A stretch of DNA of 63,814 nucleotides, filler included, from 5 parts of 5 records of this genome joined end to end with filler, not necessarily neighbours in it; one strand, 5' to 3'. Numbered from the whole stretch's first letter, positions 51,301-63,039 are shown. Made by a program: numbers and translations. Notes: generated by a model from the sequence alone, not told the origin.

Positions 51301-54300
51301 TTGCATGAGAGGGCGGTGCTGTCTTGAGCTGATGAGCGCTGGTAGCAAGGGATTGCCGCATGACGCTCTTGGCTATTTCAAAGGACTCAATCTGAGATCT
51401 GAGATTATCGACGTGAACAGCATGAAGTTGCTTCTGTACGCCAGTAAGGCGCTTGAAGGCATCGGAGAGCGGCGTTGAGGAGCTGCCAATATCACATAAA
51501 AGCGACAACAGGAAGGCATGTGCATCGTAAGCAGAAACACCCGTAGATGATGTAGAAGTTGGGGAAGCAGGGCCGCGATTCCGGGCTGGGAATAGCCGGT
51601 ATAGGTTACTGTTGAGGCGAAGGGAGAGTGCCCCAATGGAGGCGTCTAGAGAGGGGTAAAGCGGTGCCTTGTTGTTCCGAGAGGTGCTCGTCAATAACCC
51701 TGGTACTGCACTACACATAGTAGTAGTAAAACTCTTGTTAGCCTTCTGGAGGAGATGTATGGATGGTAGGAGTGATCTGTGATCGAGTGGGGACTGGTGG
51801 GGGGAAGTATGACGGGGTGGTGGAGAGTGCGTGGCCGAGGGGTCCTGGAAAATCCCTAATGTCAGGCAGTTCTTGGCGGCTGCGATCTTGTGGGATAGCA
51901 TTGCGAAACCAGGGGAGTATGGCGCTCCAAGGACGAGACCCTTGGAGACGACCTGATGTCGGAAAAAGTACCTCCTCACCCCCGCCTTTTGGGCATACCC
52001 ATCCATGACAGCAGATTGGGCTCTTTCGATGGGGTATAGGCATACATCCCTCCACGGAGAGTAGTTGCTGCTGCTGTTGTTTGGGTTGGGCTTTCGGAGC
52101 TGGGGTACGAACATTGCAGAATCGATACCAGCAGTGTATCGCTCAAGGTGTTCTAAGCCATCCACAACCAATGCAGAAGCACCAAGGCGATGCGCGTGTT
52201 GTTGGCGATGGCTAGTAGCACACTCCATAGCGTACAAGCTCTCCTGTAAGCTCATCGGTAGGAAGGAGGTAGCGAAGCCTATTCCTACAATAGTCTCCGC
52301 ACGGCTACGGAGCAATCCCAGCCCCTCATTCGCAGCAGAGAAGAGGGTACTGAAGGCAGCTTCAGCTCGATCGAAATGCCCATCCTTACTTGTCCCCGCT
52401 GCATTGATATTCATCAAGAGTGAGCACTGGAACACCTGCTGCTGTATACGTTGTAATAGTGCAACATCACTCCCACCCTCGTCACCAGCAACGAGTTCAA
52501 TCACGGGTGCATAAACGCTCGAGATGTGTGCACTGTTGTTGGTGTCATCTCTACTACCACCACCACCACTACCTTGGGTAGTAGTAGTTGAGGATGATGG
52601 GAAGTAGAGTGGGAGTTTACTAGTGAGTGGAAGCATTAAGGTTCCCCGTGTGGTGCCCATAGGAGCTGGTCCTAGAGCCGACTTATTGGAAGCAAGTGAC
52701 GCACTGCTGCTCAACTGTGCTGATTTACCCTGGCCTTCACCCTGTGGGTCGGCAATGAAGCTGAGATTGAGGGGCGTGCACGATACCTGATACATGTCCG
52801 CTGGGGTAGGCTCTCCACCACTCCGACCCTCTCCGCGGAAGGGCAGTAGCTTTGCATCTGATGTGGGCAGTACTGGTAGTGTAGACATCACCCCTTTGTG
52901 GGATGTGGCACGGGCTAGTACAACAAATACAGGAGAAGATGCGATGGTGGTAGATGAAGTAGATGCAGTAGTAGCAGCGTCAGTGGTGCCGTCCGCCTCT
53001 TGGGAGTGCAGGTCGAGTGAGGGAGAGTAGGGGGACTGTCGGGTAGTGTGTCCTGTGGATGCAGCAGCAGCACCTGGCATGTTCGTCGTAGCTTTCGAAG
53101 CTGAACTTTCAATCGTGACCAGAACATCGACACCTCCGATATTGTTGTTGTTGCTGGGGGAGGTTGTTGTTGTTGTTGTTGATGTGGGTGTTGGATGTGT
53201 GTTGGCCCTTAGGGGGGTGTATGCCGCGAATGCTATCCTCTGACATTCCTTGTCGAATTCAGCAGGGTGAGGGGGGCCCGTGGTCGACACCACACCCGAT
53301 GTGAAGCCTTCTATGGAGACGGTGCTAGATGTAGGGAAGACGTCCACGCGGGACCTACACGCTGTAAGTAGGAGGGACGGGCATCGATGCCCTGATCCAA
53401 CCTCCTTTGACCAACCCTCTGAAATTGTAAGCACACCAAACCGACCATCGCCAATAGTACTACTATTAGCTGCGAATTGTGAATGCGCAGCCAGTTTGGG
53501 TAAGCCCAGTCCGCCGAAGTTGGGGAGTGGGGGTTGGGTTCGAGAGGAGGACATTGTGTGACCACCTAATGGGGAGCTTGATGCCTGGGCTGCAGCGGGC
53601 ATGGTAGCTGGCAGCTTGGGAGACGCGTTTGAAGAAGTGGCACAGGAGGCCTTTCCGACACATGACAATAACATAGTGGTGCGGGTATAGGCAGAGATAT
53701 AGGCATTGGAGACTCCCAACACAGAGATGTTGTTCTTTGAACGAAGTCGGTCCTCGAATCCCCTGTACTCCTCGTCATCACTTGTGTTTGGGGCGTCGTC
53801 ATGATGTTGTTGTGGTGCCCGACGGCGAACAAATGGGAAAGACAACACAGCAGAGTGAGTGTTGTAGAGGCCATACCCGGGGTGGGAGGTAGCAGTACTC
53901 ACAACACACCGACTCCTGCAGTGGTGTTGTTGTTGTGGTGCTAATGAGCCGTTGAATACCGCACCCAGCACACTTGACAACATAGGAGAGCAGCATGTTG
54001 GTGATGGCGATGTATCAGCAGAGATGATATGATCGGCACCGGGGATTGTCACCAGCTCACTTCCCACGAAGGCTGTGAGAGTGATACGACCGCCACCAGC
54101 AGCATTCGAAGACTTCGGAATGTTGATATTGGTGTTGTCGCGGGGTGATGATGTTGTTGTAGGTCCCATTGACCGATGTCGATTACTAACAGTGGCGTGA
54201 ATGGATGCAACACGTGTAATAACAGCAGCAGATAATGAAGAGGGGTTGTATTGGCCATCAGTAGGAGGTTGTTTGGGTGTGCAAACAACCTCCCACTCGA

Positions 54301-56655
54301 CGATGAAGAGTGGAGCACCACGGCGGGCTTCGGCAACCATGCTAGGGTCTTTAGAGGCAGAAGGGTACACATCCACAACATCACCATCACCTCCTCCTCC
54401 TCCTCGACTACTGTTCTTACCAGAGAAATTTACATCCTCTCGTGAAGTACCTGCAGATATGGCAACACTACTCAAGTTTAAGAAGTGTGACATGGAACGT
54501 CGGGATCGAAGAGCGCCCAGGGGGGGAGGTGGGACGTCGTCCGCATCCTCATCATCATCATTATTGTTGTTTGAGGTGGTGGTAGGGGCAGGGGGAGGAG
54601 GAGGGGCGATAATGGAAGCAAAGTAGCCACTGCTGGCAGCATTGGGAGATGCGAAGATAGAGGAATCCTGATCGCTCAGAATCGACACCAACGTTCCAAT
54701 TCCAGCCTCATCCGCGTCATTGGAAGAGAAAATGGAGACGTTACGTGTTCGAGTTCGCTGAGTATTTCCAGTTGGAAAGGGAGAGGAGATGCTCTCTTGG
54801 CGACGTGCATTACCAGTTCCTCCTCCACCACTACCCCAGCCGGTAGGGGTTGGGGTAGTCGATGCCTGAAGATGTTGGTATATCAATTCAGTATCACCAC
54901 CATGAATACTTGCATTTGCCCCAGGGAGGCCAAAGTCGCCCGGGAGGGAGGAGGACGCATCCGCAATAGTTGTCAGGACGCCCATGAGCTCCTTGGGATT
55001 GGAGGTGCGTCGGGTGGTGGTGGCTCCGCCCGGAGATTGTGGGACGTCTTGGCTGTAGGAGGAATTCTTAGTCCTAAGAATACTCCCACGGGGGCGGGTA
55101 ACACCATTGTTATCTACCTCACTCCCACTACCCCCCAACTTTGGGGTAGGAGGAGCCGTCTTGCTGTCAAGCACCTGACTATTGTTCTCACTGCGGTTGT
55201 AGGTGTTGTTGTTGTCGGGGGGGCCAGGGTGGAAGGATGCAGAGCCAAACATGGCAGTGGATGCGATACTGTATTCGGGGTCGTTACACGCAGTCGAGGC
55301 CATCGAGAAGTTACTTGCACTACGATTGTAAACAGCAGACGACTCACCGAGGACACCACTTCCACTTAGTGTGCTTGCTACACCACCAAGAACACCACCA
55401 CCACCAACACCGCCTCCCTGTGCCCATCGACGACGCTGCTCTTCGACTATCCTCCTCGCCCGTATATCCGCCACTGATCCTGTTGTAGCAATACGAACAG
55501 TAGGTAGTCCGGACTGGTGCACTGACATGACATTCGACACCCTTACAACCCGTAGATGGCTTATAGTAGAACCATCCCCCGAAGGAGGATGTGACAGCTC
55601 CGGTGCAGTGACATTTACCACCACGCTGAGGAAGGTGAAAAGGCGCTTAGAGTAGATAGTCCATGACGGGGGGCGGATGAAGGACCCCCGCATAATCATC
55701 GACCCCCCGCCACCGATCGTCGACCCAGCCATGGACCTCCTCTTACGAAGACCAGCGTACTTGGATCGTGATCTTGGAGACAGCCTCTCGAAAGTATCGC
55801 TGTCGTCGCGGAAAGTTACTGACCGGGCGTTTGGATCGGTAGAGTTGATGAAGGGATTCTCCTTTGAATACACCCCACTCCTCGTCCCAACACCTCCCAT
55901 TGGGGGCAACACAGGCCTCCCACCACCATTACCTCCATTCAATGTGGAAGTGAAAGTATTGACCTCAAATAAGGAAGTTACATTGGGGTTGGTGCCCCGG
56001 CGGGAACCCGCAGTAGCTGATGCTGGCAAGGATGGTGTGTGTGGTGCGGATGCTGCGAGCTCCGTTGAAAGGATTTCAGGAAGATTCTCTGTACCGTACC
56101 CAGCAGCACCATCAAACGACCGTCGATACGAGTTGTTATTATGATCTGCTGAGATGGGTCGTAGGGGAGGATTTATAGGTGAGTTGAAGGGAGAGGAGGT
56201 AATGTTTTGGTAGAGAGAGCGATGGGTGATACAGGGAGTAAGGGAGCGGGAATCGCCCTCCACAATGGCGCATAGCGTCCGAATGAACTGCTGCCCATCA
56301 TCTGCAAGCGTCTGTAGAATTAACACAGGCATCGAGATGTGGCCTTCTGATGGTAGAGGTATCATACGCGGTGGCGGGGTAGGATTGCCACCCACACCAC
56401 CATGCAGGGAGGATGTTGCGGTGTTGGTTGCATCACTTACAGCTAACGACACACGACGACCTCCTGGGCCACTGCCACTGGCATCGGTCCCCACCTCACG
56501 CTGCCCAAACAAGCTAGTAAACCGCTGGCTACCAAACCCACCACTCCTCTGTGACCCTCCACCCCATCCACTGCTGAGATCTACGATTTTCATAGAGCCA
56601 CAACTTGGGTTTGTGCCTGGTGCGGCGAGGTAGGAGTCCTCCCTGCCACTATTCG
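48386..56655 (-). CDS. Giant low-complexity hypothetical protein (>2735 aa), probably 5'-truncated
   Basis: 8.2-kb uninterrupted ORF; the frame stays open upstream of ATG 56593 to the contig edge. Confidence 0.7.
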
Positions 56656-56755
56656 NNNNNNNNNNNNNNNNNNNNNNNNNNNNNNNNNNNNNNNNNNNNT
56701 TAATTAATTAANNNNNNNNNNNNNNNNNNNNNNNNNNNNNNNNNNNNNNNNNNNN
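56656..56755. other. Artificial contig linker
   Basis: N44-TTAATTAATTAA-N44. Confidence 0.98.
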
Positions 56756-57185
56756 CCGCATCGTCGCCTCGATGTTCCCGATGGGCCAACGCGGGCGCGA
56801 TCCGGCCTATACGCGGCAGGTCCTCAGCGACCGGTTGAAATGGCTGCATCCCGACCTACGCGAAGACTTGCGGTGGGAATTTTTCTGGTACGGCGAGTTG
56901 GACATGCAGCGCAAAACCATCCCGCGCCTCTATGCACTGGCCCCCGGCATTGTCGCCATGACGGGCCTGTCAGGGCGGGGTGTGCCCACCGGCTCGATGA
57001 TCGGGGGCATCCTGTCGGATTGGGCGATGGGCGTGGCCGAGGCGGACCTTGATCTTCCGATCGAGCCGCTGCAATCGCAGCCGCTTTATATGTCCGTGGC
57101 GCCGCAGGCAGCCCTGCGTGGCTTTCGTCTGCGCGACAACCTGCGCGCACGCCGACAGGGCGCGCCCTTGCCACCCCATGCCTGA
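56756..57185 (+). CDS. FAD-dependent oxidoreductase (DAO/PuuB-like), C-terminal fragment
   Basis: FFWYGELDM...TIPRL...GLSGRGVPTGSMIG, the DAO-family C-terminal motif. Confidence 0.8.
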
Positions 57186-57235
57186 AACATTCATAGACCA
57201 GACCGGCCATATGCGCCGCACCAAGGAGACTACCC

Positions 57236-58600
57236 ATGCCCGGACCCAAGCTGGACCCCGTTGTCAGCGACAGTGTTTTGCCCATTTCCGTCGATGTCGT
57301 CATCATCGGCGGCGGCATCGCGGGCGTGTGCACGGCACTTGAACTGGCCGACCGGGGCCTGAAGGTCGCAATCTGCGAAAAAGGCCAGATCGGCGGCGAA
57401 CAGTCCAGTCGCAACTGGGGCTGGGTGCGCCTGACCCATCGCGATCCGCGTGAACTGCCGCTGATGATTGAGGCGGTCAAGATCTGGGAAGGGCTGGACA
57501 AGCGTATCGCCGGGAAAACCGGGTACAGCCAGTGCGGATCGACCTATGCCATCGTCAGCGATGCCGCCCTTCAGGCCGAACGCAAAGCGCAGGAGGAATT
57601 GGGAAGCTACCAGATTCCTACGCATCTGATGAACCGCGAAGAAGCTTTGACGCATTTGCAGGGTTATGACCCTGACGCCCAAGGGCTTATCGGTGCCCTG
57701 CATTGCCCACGCGACGGGCGCGCTGAGCCGCAGATGGCGGCGCCGGCCATTGCCCGTGCGGTGCAGGACCGCGGCGGCACGGTTCACCAGAATTGCGCGG
57801 TGCGCGTGGTCGAAACCTCCGCAGGCAAGGTGTCGGGCGTGGTCACCGAACAGGGGCGCATCGCCTGTGATGCGGTGCTGGTGGCGGGTGGCGTCTGGTC
57901 GCGGTTGTTCCTGCGCAACATCGGCATCTACCTGCCGCAATTGCGCACCCGCAACACCGTGTTGCGCACCGACGCGGTCGAGGCTGGACCGCAAAGCAAC
58001 CTGAAAACCACGTCTTTTGCCATACGCAAGCGTATGGATGGTGGCTATACCGTCGCCTCGGCCGTGCCCAGCCGTTACCAGTTGACGCCCGACAGTTTCC
58101 GGCTGTTCACGGCCTATCTGCCGACGTTGAAAAACGAGTGGCGGTCGATCCGGTTGGGGCTTGGTCCTGCGTTTCTGGACGCACTGCGCACGCCGCGCCA
58201 TTGGACCGGCGACGATGTGACCCCGTTTGAAAAGACCCGCATTCTGGACCCTGAGGCCGACGCGCCCTACATCGACAAGACACTTGCCATGGTCAAGAAA
58301 ACCTTTCCGGCGCTCAAGGATGCGACCGTCGCGCAGCGATGGGGCGGATACATCGACGTTCTGCCGGACCTGATCCCCGCGATTTCATCCACCGAAGGGG
58401 TCAAGAACGGCATTCCCGGCCTGTTCGTGGCCACAGGTTTTTCCGGACATGGCTTTGGTCTGGGCACCGGGGCAGGGCGTCTGGCAGCCGAGCTGATCAC
58501 CGGACAATCGCCGGTGGTCGATCCGACGCCCTTCCGCCTGCACCGTTTTACCGACGGCACCAAAATCTCGCCCATTCCGGTGATCACAACGCCGCAGTAA
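57236..58600 (+). CDS. FAD-dependent D-amino-acid oxidase family oxidoreductase
   Basis: VIIGGGIAG, EQSSRNWGWVR, WGGYIDVLPD and GFSGHGFGLG; RBS AAGGAG upstream. Confidence 0.93.
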   Translation: MPGPKLDPVVSDSVLPISVDVVIIGGGIAGVCTALELADRGLKVAICEKGQIGGEQSSRNWGWVRLTHRDPRELPLMIEAVKIWEGLDKRIAGKTGYSQCGSTYAIVSDAALQAERKAQEELGSYQIPTHLMNREEALTHLQGYDPDAQGLIGALHCPRDGRAEPQMAAPAIARAVQDRGGTVHQNCAVRVVETSAGKVSGVVTEQGRIACDAVLVAGGVWSRLFLRNIGIYLPQLRTRNTVLRTDAVEAGPQSNLKTTSFAIRKRMDGGYTVASAVPSRYQLTPDSFRLFTAYLPTLKNEWRSIRLGLGPAFLDALRTPRHWTGDDVTPFEKTRILDPEADAPYIDKTLAMVKKTFPALKDATVAQRWGGYIDVLPDLIPAISSTEGVKNGIPGLFVATGFSGHGFGLGTGAGRLAAELITGQSPVVDPTPFRLHRFTDGTKISPIPVITTPQ

Positions 58601-58667
58601 GGGCCGGTTGGCTTTGGGACGCGGGCTGCTAGACTGTCCGTGCCCCCAATCGGTGAACTGACGCGAC

Positions 58668-59189
58668 ATGGACGATCTGGACGACCGGGACATATGGATG
58701 CAAGGCGCGGACGCGCCCGCCTACGCTGCGGGCACTGTCGGGATGCGCCTGATACCAGAGGGTGCCGGCTGGGCCGAATTCCAGCTAGAGATCGACGATA
58801 TGGTCTATCTCGCCCGTGTCTCGATGGCCTTGGGCAATCCGCGCGGTCAGATCCGGGGCTTTTTCGATGCGCTTTGTGCAGGCACTTCGGCGCGCATGGA
58901 ACTGTGCGACGAACCGGGCGAGACGGTTGTGATTGCACAGGCTGCCGATGCGCGCGGACGTATCACGCTGGAATGCTGGAACCACCACCCGACCCATGCG
59001 CCCAGACGTGAGGTTCATATCACCTGCCCTGCAGATGAACTGAGCGTGTCGATGTTCCGCAACTTCGATGCCCTCAGAAAACCGAAACCGATGCAGGCGA
59101 AACGCCCCGCTTGGGTACTGCCCGTTATCACCGCCGTTGCGGGGCTGGTTGCGGGCGTCCTCCTGTCGAACGGGGGCGGCTGGCCCTAA
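58668..59189 (+). CDS. Hypothetical protein with a C-terminal TM anchor
   Basis: 173-aa ORF ending WVLPVITAVAGLVAGVLL; its stop overlaps the gpgS stop (convergent). Confidence 0.6.
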   Translation: MDDLDDRDIWMQGADAPAYAAGTVGMRLIPEGAGWAEFQLEIDDMVYLARVSMALGNPRGQIRGFFDALCAGTSARMELCDEPGETVVIAQAADARGRITLECWNHHPTHAPRREVHITCPADELSVSMFRNFDALRKPKPMQAKRPAWVLPVITAVAGLVAGVLLSNGGGWP

Positions 59190-60409
59190 TCCGAAAACTC
59201 CTTTTCATCCGCGACGGCAGCCGCGCGCAGATCGGCCAGAAAGCTGGCGTCGGCCGAGTGGACACGGTTCCATGTCGGGATGAAGGGTGTCTCGTGCGGG
59301 TTGTCCAGAAACGTCTGGCCCGCGCGCATGATGTTTTCGGCAAAGAGCTCAATTGCCAGCTCTTCCTTGTGCCGGTCGATAGTCAGCCCGTTCATCTGCG
59401 CATCGGTGTAATAGGCCTCGAGCAGGTCCAGCGCACAGCGGTAATAGGTCGCTTTCAGCGTGCGGAACACATTGGGCGTGAACACGGTGCCATCGGCGGC
59501 CAGCTTGCGGAAGATCGCCTTGCAGATGTCGGTCGACATACGGCTCAGGCCTGCACTTGCGTCTTCGGGGCTCAGATCCTGATGCTTGTGGTCATAGTTG
59601 TCGGCAATCTCGACCTGGCAAACCGCCTTGGGGGCCAGATTGCGCCAGGCTTCGGACAGCACGCCGATCTCCAGCCCCCAGTCTGACGGAATGCGCAGAT
59701 CGGGCAGGATGCTGGTGCGCATGGCGAATTCGCCGGACAGCGGATAGCGGAAGCTGCGCAGGTAATCCAGATAATCGCGGTCGCCGACCACCCGTTTCAG
59801 CGCAATCAGCAACGGGCTGACCAACAGCCGTGTGACGCGTCCGTTCAGCTTGCCCTGACCGACGCGGGAATAGAATCCCTTGGCCACCTGATAGGGAAAC
59901 GTCGGGTTGGCCACCGGATAAACCAGCCGCGCCAGCATTTCGTTGGTATAGGTGACGATGTCGCAATCGTGGATCGCCATGACCGAACTGTCCTCGCAGC
60001 CGATCAGATAGCCCAGCGACGACCACACATTCTTGCCCTTGCCCTGTTCCATCGGCGCAAGCCCCAGCGCATCCAGCCGCGCGCCCAATGCTTTCATGCG
60101 GGGGCTGTCGTTCCAGATCACGATGTGGTTCTGGTTCAACCCTTTGAAAAACTGCTGCGCGTGGCGAAACTGGGCTTCGTCGGCGCGGTCCAGACCGATG
60201 ATGATGCGATGCAGATAAGTGACCTTGGCCAATTCGCTCAGGATCAGCGGCATGGCATCGGTTTCCAGTTCGGAATACAGACACGGCAGGATCAACGAGA
60301 TTTTGCGCGACTGGGCAAAGGTCTCAAGCTCATAGGTCATCTCATCCAAAGAGCGGGTGCGCAAATTGTGCAGCGTCGCCACGTTCCCGTTCTGGTGAAA
60401 ATCTGTCAT
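59186..60409 (-). CDS. gpgS: Glucosyl-3-phosphoglycerate synthase (glucosylglycerate synthesis)
   Basis: MTDFHQNGNVATLHNL, LILPCLYSEL, GKGKNVW, HDCDI, NGRVTRLLV, YPLSGEF, DWGLEIG and YDHKHQ. Confidence 0.88.
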   Translation of the reverse strand: MTDFHQNGNVATLHNLRTRSLDEMTYELETFAQSRKISLILPCLYSELETDAMPLILSELAKVTYLHRIIIGLDRADEAQFRHAQQFFKGLNQNHIVIWNDSPRMKALGARLDALGLAPMEQGKGKNVWSSLGYLIGCEDSSVMAIHDCDIVTYTNEMLARLVYPVANPTFPYQVAKGFYSRVGQGKLNGRVTRLLVSPLLIALKRVVGDRDYLDYLRSFRYPLSGEFAMRTSILPDLRIPSDWGLEIGVLSEAWRNLAPKAVCQVEIADNYDHKHQDLSPEDASAGLSRMSTDICKAIFRKLAADGTVFTPNVFRTLKATYYRCALDLLEAYYTDAQMNGLTIDRHKEELAIELFAENIMRAGQTFLDNPHETPFIPTWNRVHSADASFLADLRAAAVADEKEFSD

Positions 60410-61206
60410 GGGTGGCGTCCTTGTTCAGGGGGCAATGAGTCAACGAAATCCAGCACCGCGCGGTTCCAGCCTTCGGGGCCGGGCAGGGTGGTGCGCGTGA
60501 TACAACCCGCGGCTTCGGCGTCCAGCGGGGGCAGGGGCGTGCGGTGCGGGTTGGCTATGATCACGCCGTGGTCGGCGGATTGCAGCATTTCGATGTCGTT
60601 CGGCGCGTCACCCAGGGCCAGCGTGACCTGCGGGCGGCATGTGGCAATGATCTGGGCCATCCGGTCGGCCTTGGTCTGGCCAAAGGACAGCGTCAGGAAC
60701 CGCCCACCTTCGCGGGCGGTTATGCCGTGCTGCTCCAGAGCCTCAAGAAACGCGGTGCGTTGGGCATCGGTGCCGCGCCAAAGCCCCGGTTCGGAAAAGG
60801 CGCGCGTTTTGGCGTCTTGCGCGTCGGCGGGGGGCAGGCCGGTTAACTTCGCCACCCCCGCAACGTCCAGATCGCCAAAGCCTTGAAACAGCCCGCGCAA
60901 GTCATCGGGCAGTTGGTTCAACGCGGACCGCAAGCGCAGATACTCGGTGTCGGCTGGCGTGTCCGTGGCCTGTGCATCCAACACGCCCGCGCCGTTTTCC
61001 ACGATGGCGGGCCAGTCTTCCAGCCCCATCTGCGCGCGCAATCCGATGATTTCCGGCGCTGTTTTGCTGCTGGCCAGCACCACGCCCGCACCGATGCCGC
61101 GCAGGTGCGCCAACGCTGGGCGGGCGGCATCCCACCGGTACGTGTCGTGCGAAATCAACGTGCCATCGAGATCGCTGAAGACAAGAAGAGGAAGCGGTTG
61201 CTGCAT
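60406..61206 (-). CDS. gpgP: HAD-family mannosyl/glucosyl-3-phosphoglycerate phosphatase
   Basis: FSDLDGTL, ASSKT, IVENGA, RAFSEP, GGRF and LGDAPNDIEML; ATGA overlap with gpgS. Confidence 0.88.
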   Translation of the reverse strand: MQQPLPLLVFSDLDGTLISHDTYRWDAARPALAHLRGIGAGVVLASSKTAPEIIGLRAQMGLEDWPAIVENGAGVLDAQATDTPADTEYLRLRSALNQLPDDLRGLFQGFGDLDVAGVAKLTGLPPADAQDAKTRAFSEPGLWRGTDAQRTAFLEALEQHGITAREGGRFLTLSFGQTKADRMAQIIATCRPQVTLALGDAPNDIEMLQSADHGVIIANPHRTPLPPLDAEAAGCITRTTLPGPEGWNRAVLDFVDSLPPEQGRHP

Positions 61207-61277
61207 TTGGGATCAGTCTGGGACTTGCTCGTCCCGGTCGCAACCCGCCGCGGCACCGATGCCTGTTTTTTAGGCAG

Positions 61278-62150
61278 TCAGGTGAACTTGCGGAACAGCT
61301 TGGTCTGGTCGAACATCGCTTCCAGCTCTTCCATGCGTCCCTTGGTGTCGTCCCAGCGCAGGTTTTGCACGGCTGAGATCATCGTTTCAGTCAGCAAAAG
61401 GGTCGTGGCGGCTGAATCCCACGCCGAGGGCACCACGATGCGACTGCTAAAGCTGATGTCGGCCAACTGATGCACGGGCGATCGCCATTGATCCGTGAAC
61501 AGAATGATCTTTGCGCCCTGTGCATGGGCCATCTCGGCCAGTTTCAGGGTGTTGTTCTCGTAACGGCGCACGTCAAAGATCACGAAGACATCGCCGGGTT
61601 TCACGTCCAGCAGATAGTGCGGCCATGCGTTCGACGTGGACTGCACGTGGGTGATGTTGGGGCGGATCACCTGCATGTGCAAAAACAGGTATTCCGCCAG
61701 CGTGTGCGTCACCCGCCCGCCGACAATATACAGGTGATGCGCCGGATCACCGACCAAAGCGCATGCTTTATCAAAGGCTTGAGGATCAATCTGGCCCAGC
61801 GTGTGCCGGATGTTGTCAATCACTGCGTCGGTAAACGTGTTCAGGATATGCCCCGACGGCGCGCTGTCGGCCCATGTGTCGTGTTTGGCAATCGGCCCTT
61901 TGACCTTGGCGCGCAGTTCCTCGCGCAGTTCGGCCTGAAATTCGGCATAGCCTTTGAACCCCAGCTTTTGCACCATCCGCGCTACGGTGGGGCCGGACAC
62001 GTTGGCATCCAGCGCCAGTTCGGTCAGCGGCCCCAGCCCCGAGATTGGGTAGTTTTCCAGGATGGAATGGGCCAGCTGCCGCTCAGCACGGGTCAGATCG
62101 TCCAGCTTCTGCTGGATGCGGTCGGATATCGTAAGCGCGTCTGACGACAC
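61278..62150 (-). CDS. MurR/RpiR-family transcriptional regulator (HTH plus SIS)
   Basis: LTRAERQLA...ELALDANVSGPTVARMVQKLGFKGYAEFQ; GTG start at 62150 with a GGAGG RBS. Confidence 0.92.
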   Translation of the reverse strand: MSSDALTISDRIQQKLDDLTRAERQLAHSILENYPISGLGPLTELALDANVSGPTVARMVQKLGFKGYAEFQAELREELRAKVKGPIAKHDTWADSAPSGHILNTFTDAVIDNIRHTLGQIDPQAFDKACALVGDPAHHLYIVGGRVTHTLAEYLFLHMQVIRPNITHVQSTSNAWPHYLLDVKPGDVFVIFDVRRYENNTLKLAEMAHAQGAKIILFTDQWRSPVHQLADISFSSRIVVPSAWDSAATTLLLTETMISAVQNLRWDDTKGRMEELEAMFDQTKLFRKFT

Positions 62151-62164
62151 GGGCGCCTCCTGTT

Positions 62165-62220
62165 TGATCGAATATTTTTCACACCAAGTTTGGCTGATGG
62201 ATATTTTCACAATTCTGTTG
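62165..62220. promoter_or_regulatory. Candidate RpiR operator repeats in the divergent intergenic region
   Basis: Two AT-rich direct repeats ATATTTT(T)CACA (about 62172-62183 and 62201-62211) in an otherwise GC-rich contig. Confidence 0.35.
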
Positions 62221-62265
62221 ACAGATGGCCGTCGAGGCAAGCACTTTGTGAGCGCAGGGGGTGCC

Positions 62266-63039
62266 ATGACAGACGCAGACGCAACTCAGATACCAATCGC
62301 ACAGACAATCAATTCCTCGGGCACTTCGTCCGTTGTCTTGGTCTGCGAACATGCGTCGTGCTTTATTCCCGAGGCACTTGACGGGCTGGGCCTGTCCGAC
62401 GCGGCCAAGGTCAGCCATGCCGCATGGGACCCCGGCGCGCTGGGTGTGGCGCGGCAGATCGCCAAACGTCTGGATGCGGTGCTGGTGGCCAGTTGCGTGT
62501 CGCGGCTGGTGTATGATTGCAACCGTCCGCCCGAGGCACCGGGGGCCATGCCCGCCAAAAGCGAAATCTTTGATGTGCCCGGCAATGCGGCCCTGACCAC
62601 CGATCAGCGCGCGGACCGGGCGGCGACATATTATGTACCGTTTCGCGACCTTCTTGTACAAACTGTTGCAGCCAGACCGGCGCCGGTGCTGGTCACCATC
62701 CACAGCTTTACCCCCGTTTACAACGGTACGCCCCGCGCGGTCGAGATCGGTGTTCTGCACGACGCCGACACGCGGCTGGCTGATGCCATGCTGGACATTG
62801 CGACCGCCCACACCTCGGCAGACGTGCAGCGCAACGCGCCCTATGGGCCCGGCGACGGGGTAACCCACACCTTGCAGGTTCACGGGACTGCCCACGGCCA
62901 CCCGAACGTGATGATCGAAGTGCGCAACGACCTGATCCAGACCGAAGAACAGCAGGCGCAGATGGGCGACATGCTGGCCGAATGGCTGAACGATGCCTGT
63001 GGGAAACTCAACGCTCAGGGGGTCGCATGCAGCGCATGA
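62266..63039 (+). CDS. N-formylglutamate amidohydrolase family protein
   Basis: VLVCEHAS, HAAWDPGA, SRLVYDCNRPP, IHSFTP and MIEVRNDL; start at ATG 62266. Confidence 0.92.
   Translation: MTDADATQIPIAQTINSSGTSSVVLVCEHASCFIPEALDGLGLSDAAKVSHAAWDPGALGVARQIAKRLDAVLVASCVSRLVYDCNRPPEAPGAMPAKSEIFDVPGNAALTTDQRADRAATYYVPFRDLLVQTVAARPAPVLVTIHSFTPVYNGTPRAVEIGVLHDADTRLADAMLDIATAHTSADVQRNAPYGPGDGVTHTLQVHGTAHGHPNVMIEVRNDLIQTEEQQAQMGDMLAEWLNDACGKLNAQGVACSA

Noticed and set aside
57230-62901. Long antisense ORFs over the alphaproteobacterial genes (57230-58201, 59969-60886, 61470-62144, 62179-62901)
   Set aside because: Typical shadow ORFs of high-GC coding sequence opposite well-supported genes.
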